A DNA stretch of 64,000 bases from Utricularia gibba (lineage: Eukaryota > Plantae > Magnoliophyta): the NCBI GenBank assembly GCA_002189035.1, contig NEEC01000009.1, positions 1,054,001-1,118,000 on the forward strand, read 5' to 3'. The first letter of the stretch is position 1. Each line of letters opens with the position of its first letter. Positions 60,008-64,000 of the stretch are shown here, in pieces. Both the position numbers and the translations under genes were made by a program. The notes below the pieces were generated by a model. The model searched no databases. It saw only the letters and a program-made list of their open reading frames with translations, and had not been told where the DNA came from.

Positions 60008-60879
60008 TCAGTTGACAGAATTTGGGGTGTCTCTTCTCCTTGAGGGCATTGCTGAGCATGCATCTGCATCACTTTCCCTGGAGTTCTGGATGATCACATA
60101 CAGACAGAAAAAGCACAACCCTGAAACAGTATGAGAGATCTGAGGCACTGGCTTCCATACAAGAACCTCGCGCAAACCAGTGGTAGAAAAGAACACAAAC
60201 ATTAGGCATAAGATCCAAACAAGAAGAGCATGTGCACTTGAATCTTTGATCGCCATTGTGCTAATTCTCAGGTTCTCGATTGTCAGTTACAGCAAGAATC
60301 AATATGGGTTGGGTTTGGGATTAAGCACGGATCAAGACAGCCTTGTGGCCTCACCAGCACATAATCAGAAGAGTATGCAGAGGGAATACACTAACCGATG
60401 TAGGAAACGGTGACACCTGAGAGTGCTCTCCCGATAACGGAAAGGGCATAAAGGCAGCACACAACCTGCGACCCAGAATGAGCATTTATTCAAACACTTG
60501 GGCTACAAAGGGGATGGTTACATCTCGATCACAGCGCATAATTTCATGGCTTGGATTGCTCAATCCGCATAAATTACCTTAAAGAAAAGACGCTTATCGG
60601 AGCCAGTAGCGGCCACGCGAAGAACCGATTCGGCGGCGCCGATGGTGTTGGCGAGGCAGGCAATAATGGAGGTGGCTGTGTTCTGCGAGATCTGCCAGTG
60701 CAAGGGTCAACGGGGACGTCGACGGTCATATGACGAAACAGCAGCCCCAGGATGGCGAGAGAACACAGGAAAACGATGAACACGTCGGCTAAAAGCGATA
60801 CGACACTGGAATTTCGGAAGGCGCAGTGGTAGTACACCAGCGTTCCACTCATCATCGCTAGAAATGCTCCAAGTCCCAT
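60008..60879 (-). CDS. Reticulon-like protein B22/B23 type, 3 exons; apparent 1-nt deletion at 60704-60706
   Basis: SGTLVYYHCAFRNSSVVSLLADVFIVFLCSLAILGLLFR, VPVDP(LHWQISQ), ANTIGAAESVLRVAATG, LSGVTVSY. Confidence 0.85.
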
Positions 60880-61284
60880 CGCGGAACCAACCCTCGCAAC
60901 TTCCCTGTCCCACACCTCCGTCGCCTAAAATCGCCTTCGATTAGGGTTCCCGATCACGGAAATTGCTGCAACTGGCAAACCGCTGGCGCCTGGGAATCTT
61001 AAACCGCTTCACCGAACTTGACGATCATATTAATGTCGGAGCTGTCAATCCGCCGGCGGCTACCATGAAATGATGTATCGCATTTCCTTCGTGAATCAGA
61101 GATTTCTGTTGTCTTTAAAAAAAAAATTGCGAGCATCTGGTTCGGAAACACAAATCTGGAAGCTAATAAATAGTTCTGAGGGAAGAAATGCATCGCAATC
61201 ATCAAGGAAACAGTGCACGATGCGAAGGATGGTGAAGAGTCTGCTGCATTGCATCCAGATTTCAATGCCGTTTCCGGGCTGCGA

Positions 61285-63808
61285 TCAGTTGTAAACCATA
61301 TATTTCGGAGTGGCACTGAACTTCTGGTATCCCTTGATCACCTTATTCACAGCATCCAGGAAATCCTTCTCCGTCACCGTCTTCCTTCGTGCTCGAATCG
61401 CAAACATTCCGGCCTCCGTGCACACGCTTCGTATGTCGGCGCCTGAAAGAAGATCGCACAGCTTACTATAATAAGTTGCAAGGTTCCAATGCGTAGATAC
61501 AAAAGAAGTTCATTCATCAACACTATTAGGATCAACAGGCCGGTGGCTATACCGGTTGAGTTGGGGCAAAGGCGAGCAAGAAGCTCGAAACGAATATCCC
61601 GTTCACAGTTCATTGTCCGCGTGTGGATCTTGAAAATCTGCGTCCTGCTTTCCAGATCAGGCAGCCCAAATTCGACTTTGCGATCAAGCCGACCCGGGCG
61701 TAAAAGTGCAGGATCCAGAGTGTCGGGTCTGGAAAGCAAGATCAAAAAGGTATAACCCCAAACAGCAATGGCGGCTAAAGAAGCCGAACCAGACATGGCT
61801 ACAAGTATAAAAAAGGTGTTATCTTGTGAACTGAAAAGAGAACCTGTTGGTGGCCATAAGAACCTTGATGTTCCCACGAGCATCGAAACCATCAAGCTGG
61901 TTTACAATCTCCAGCATGGTACGCTGGACTTCATTGTCTCCACCAACTCCATCATCAAAACGTGCACCTCCGATGGCATCCACTTCATCAAAGAACACAA
62001 TGCAAGCTTTCTTGGAGCGTGCCATCTGCCCAAGAGAATAAGGTTAAACATCAGTGCCTCAGTACTCCATATAATCTTTAGATCAGCAGGATTTGGAATG
62101 TACGGAACATGAGGAGGAGGAAGACGATGGCTTGACCTGAAACAGTTCGCGAACCATCCTAGCTCCCTCCCCAACATATTTCTGCACAAGTTCACTTCCA
62201 ATGACACGAATGAAGCACGCATCCGTACGGTTGGCCACAGCTCTGGCCAACAGGGTTTTACCAGTACCAGGAGGACCATAGCAGAGGACGCCCTTTGGAG
62301 GATCAATGCCCAGCTTCACAAACTTTTCAGGATGAAGCATGGGCAACTCAACCACCTGCATTGTTGAAATTGAGATAACTATTCATGAATCAACAGAAAA
62401 GTCATTGCAAAAAATTTATATGAAAACTATCATACCTCTCGCATCTTTTCAATCTGCTCCTTACAGCCACCCACATCGTTATAAGTTACATCAGGCTTTT
62501 CCTCTACTGTCATCATTGTAACACTTGGATCAATTTTCGGAGGCAAAGGAATCTGAATCTGGTATTTATTTCGGTCAACACTGGAAAAAAGAAAGAGACA
62601 GCAGTAATGTTAAACACCATTTAGGATGCACAAAGAAGCTAGCTTTTGAAAATCAGTGTCGAACAACAAATTTTATTATCCATGGAGTAAAACAAGACAG
62701 GAAAATCCCCAGCTTACCCAACTCTCATGCCTTCTTCAATATCAGTGGGAGAAACCCGATCTCCTAATCCAACAACAAACTGCAACAATGTTGCAAATAA
62801 ATATATCAAATCACTAAGTGAGAATGAACGTTCTGGAACCATGCTGGTGTTAAGTGAGCAAAATAGAGAGGAAATTGTCTCAAGATCGACAAGATCGAAA
62901 TACAAAAGGTAACAAAAAACACACCTTGGCAATTTGCTTAACATTAATAAGATACTTAGCATCATCAGTGTTTGGGTTAATTATCTTCGTGCACCTAGCA
63001 ACCTACAAGGAGAAAAACACCATTAACAAGTATAAAAATTGGTAGCTGTAGATTGCTCTTATTAGGGAAAGACTAACCTGAAGAGGCTGTTCTTCCTGCA
63101 TCATTTGCTTATCGGATACAAGATCCCACTGGCTGGGTGCAGCTAAACCAGTGTCAGATTCCTTAATACCTATAAAAGCAGATGACAAACAATTATCTCA
63201 ACTACAAGAGGAAAGAATCAGTTGCAATGCAGACCTGCGCGCAAAGCCCGTTCAACAAAACACATAAAAATGCCCCCTCATGGAATGATAAGCAATTAAG
63301 TGCACTAAAAATAATCAAGTCGTGCATCAAACAAAGAAGACTGGAGCCAGCATACTAACCACATAAATCATTGACCTTTTTCGCCATCTCCTTGATTTCC
63401 TTTTCCACTTTCTTTATGCTTGCGGAATAAGGCCCAAACCCTGAACAATCCATGAGAAAAAAATTAAATCTTCAAACTATGGTTTCGAAACTAAAAACCT
63501 AAGACGAAGACTGTCATGTCACTAGAAAAAAAATTTCATTTTCCCCAAGCCCCAAATGATGAACGCCTAATCAATCTACTCATCATCATACAATGAGGAT
63601 GAAGCTCAACACACCCAAAATCAAAAAGAATATGAGAATCCCGTGAAAGCGGGCGAAGTTCCAACTTCCCCCTCCTCCCAAAACCAGAATTTTAAACAAA
63701 ATAAACACAGAAGAATAATACATAAGTCTTAAGCAGAGCAATATCGTCTTCATCAAGCGGCCTCGGATTCTTCTCGTCCTTAATGTTATCCTCCGGCTCC
63801 GGTGCCAT
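61285..63808 (-). CDS. RPT1: 26S proteasome AAA-ATPase subunit RPT1 (PSMC2); apparent 1-nt deletion at 63431-63435
   Basis: [73 protein letters not shown]. Confidence 0.97.
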
Positions 63809-64000
63809 CTTCTCAATCTGGAGAACTCAAATCCACAATTCAATGTAGCTCCCCAAGATCCTTCCTTGAACAACAAGGTAAAAAAAAAAAAGGAACGCGT
63901 GCAATGACGACGACGCCGGTCCACTGGATTTATGAGCTGCCGTATTTGGGCCGAGCCATCGACCCACCCACAAGAGGCCCAAACCCGAACACGTGGACCG

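Noticed and set aside
34578-63435. A programmed ribosomal frameshifting or RNA-editing system shared by SAMS, RPT1, ICP55 and others
   Set aside because: No shared slippery heptamer or downstream structure; the lesions sit in homopolymer runs in unrelated genes and are confined to one part of the window, which fits consensus error far better.

Overview
Eudicot plant nuclear DNA with very high gene density: about 29 protein-coding genes, a MIR164 locus and 1-2 pseudogenes in 64 kb, with short introns. This suggests a miniature genome, possibly Lamiales/Lentibulariaceae-like (inference only). Gene order: RSZ-type SR splicing factor, GT-3-like trihelix TF, CDR1-like aspartic protease, profilin-like protein, UMAMIT transporter, DRE2, unknown membrane protein, XLG3-like G protein, MUSTANG domesticated transposase, TatA, WVD2/TPX2-like, RPS21, MIR164, F-box PP2-B, small unknown protein, GFT1, AIF-type bHLH, ICP55, DUF538, PPR (E/E+), decayed F-box/LRR, SAM synthetase, thaumatin-like, CAR C2 protein, CCCH zinc finger, GDSL lipase, RPS10 pseudogene plus RPS10, CC-NLR, DYW-PPR, reticulon B22/B23-like, RPT1. 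Most notable: (1) a 175-bp duplication in the SR gene intron that copies the exon-2 acceptor and creates a PTC-containing alternative 3' splice site; (2) an XLG with in-frame erosion of several nucleotide-binding motifs; (3) from about 34.5 kb onward, at least 8 genes carry 1-2 nt indels, almost all in homopolymer runs, most likely an assembly artefact rather than mass pseudogenisation. No CRISPR array, rRNA, tRNA or intact mobile element was supported. All protein identities come from motif recognition, not database searches.
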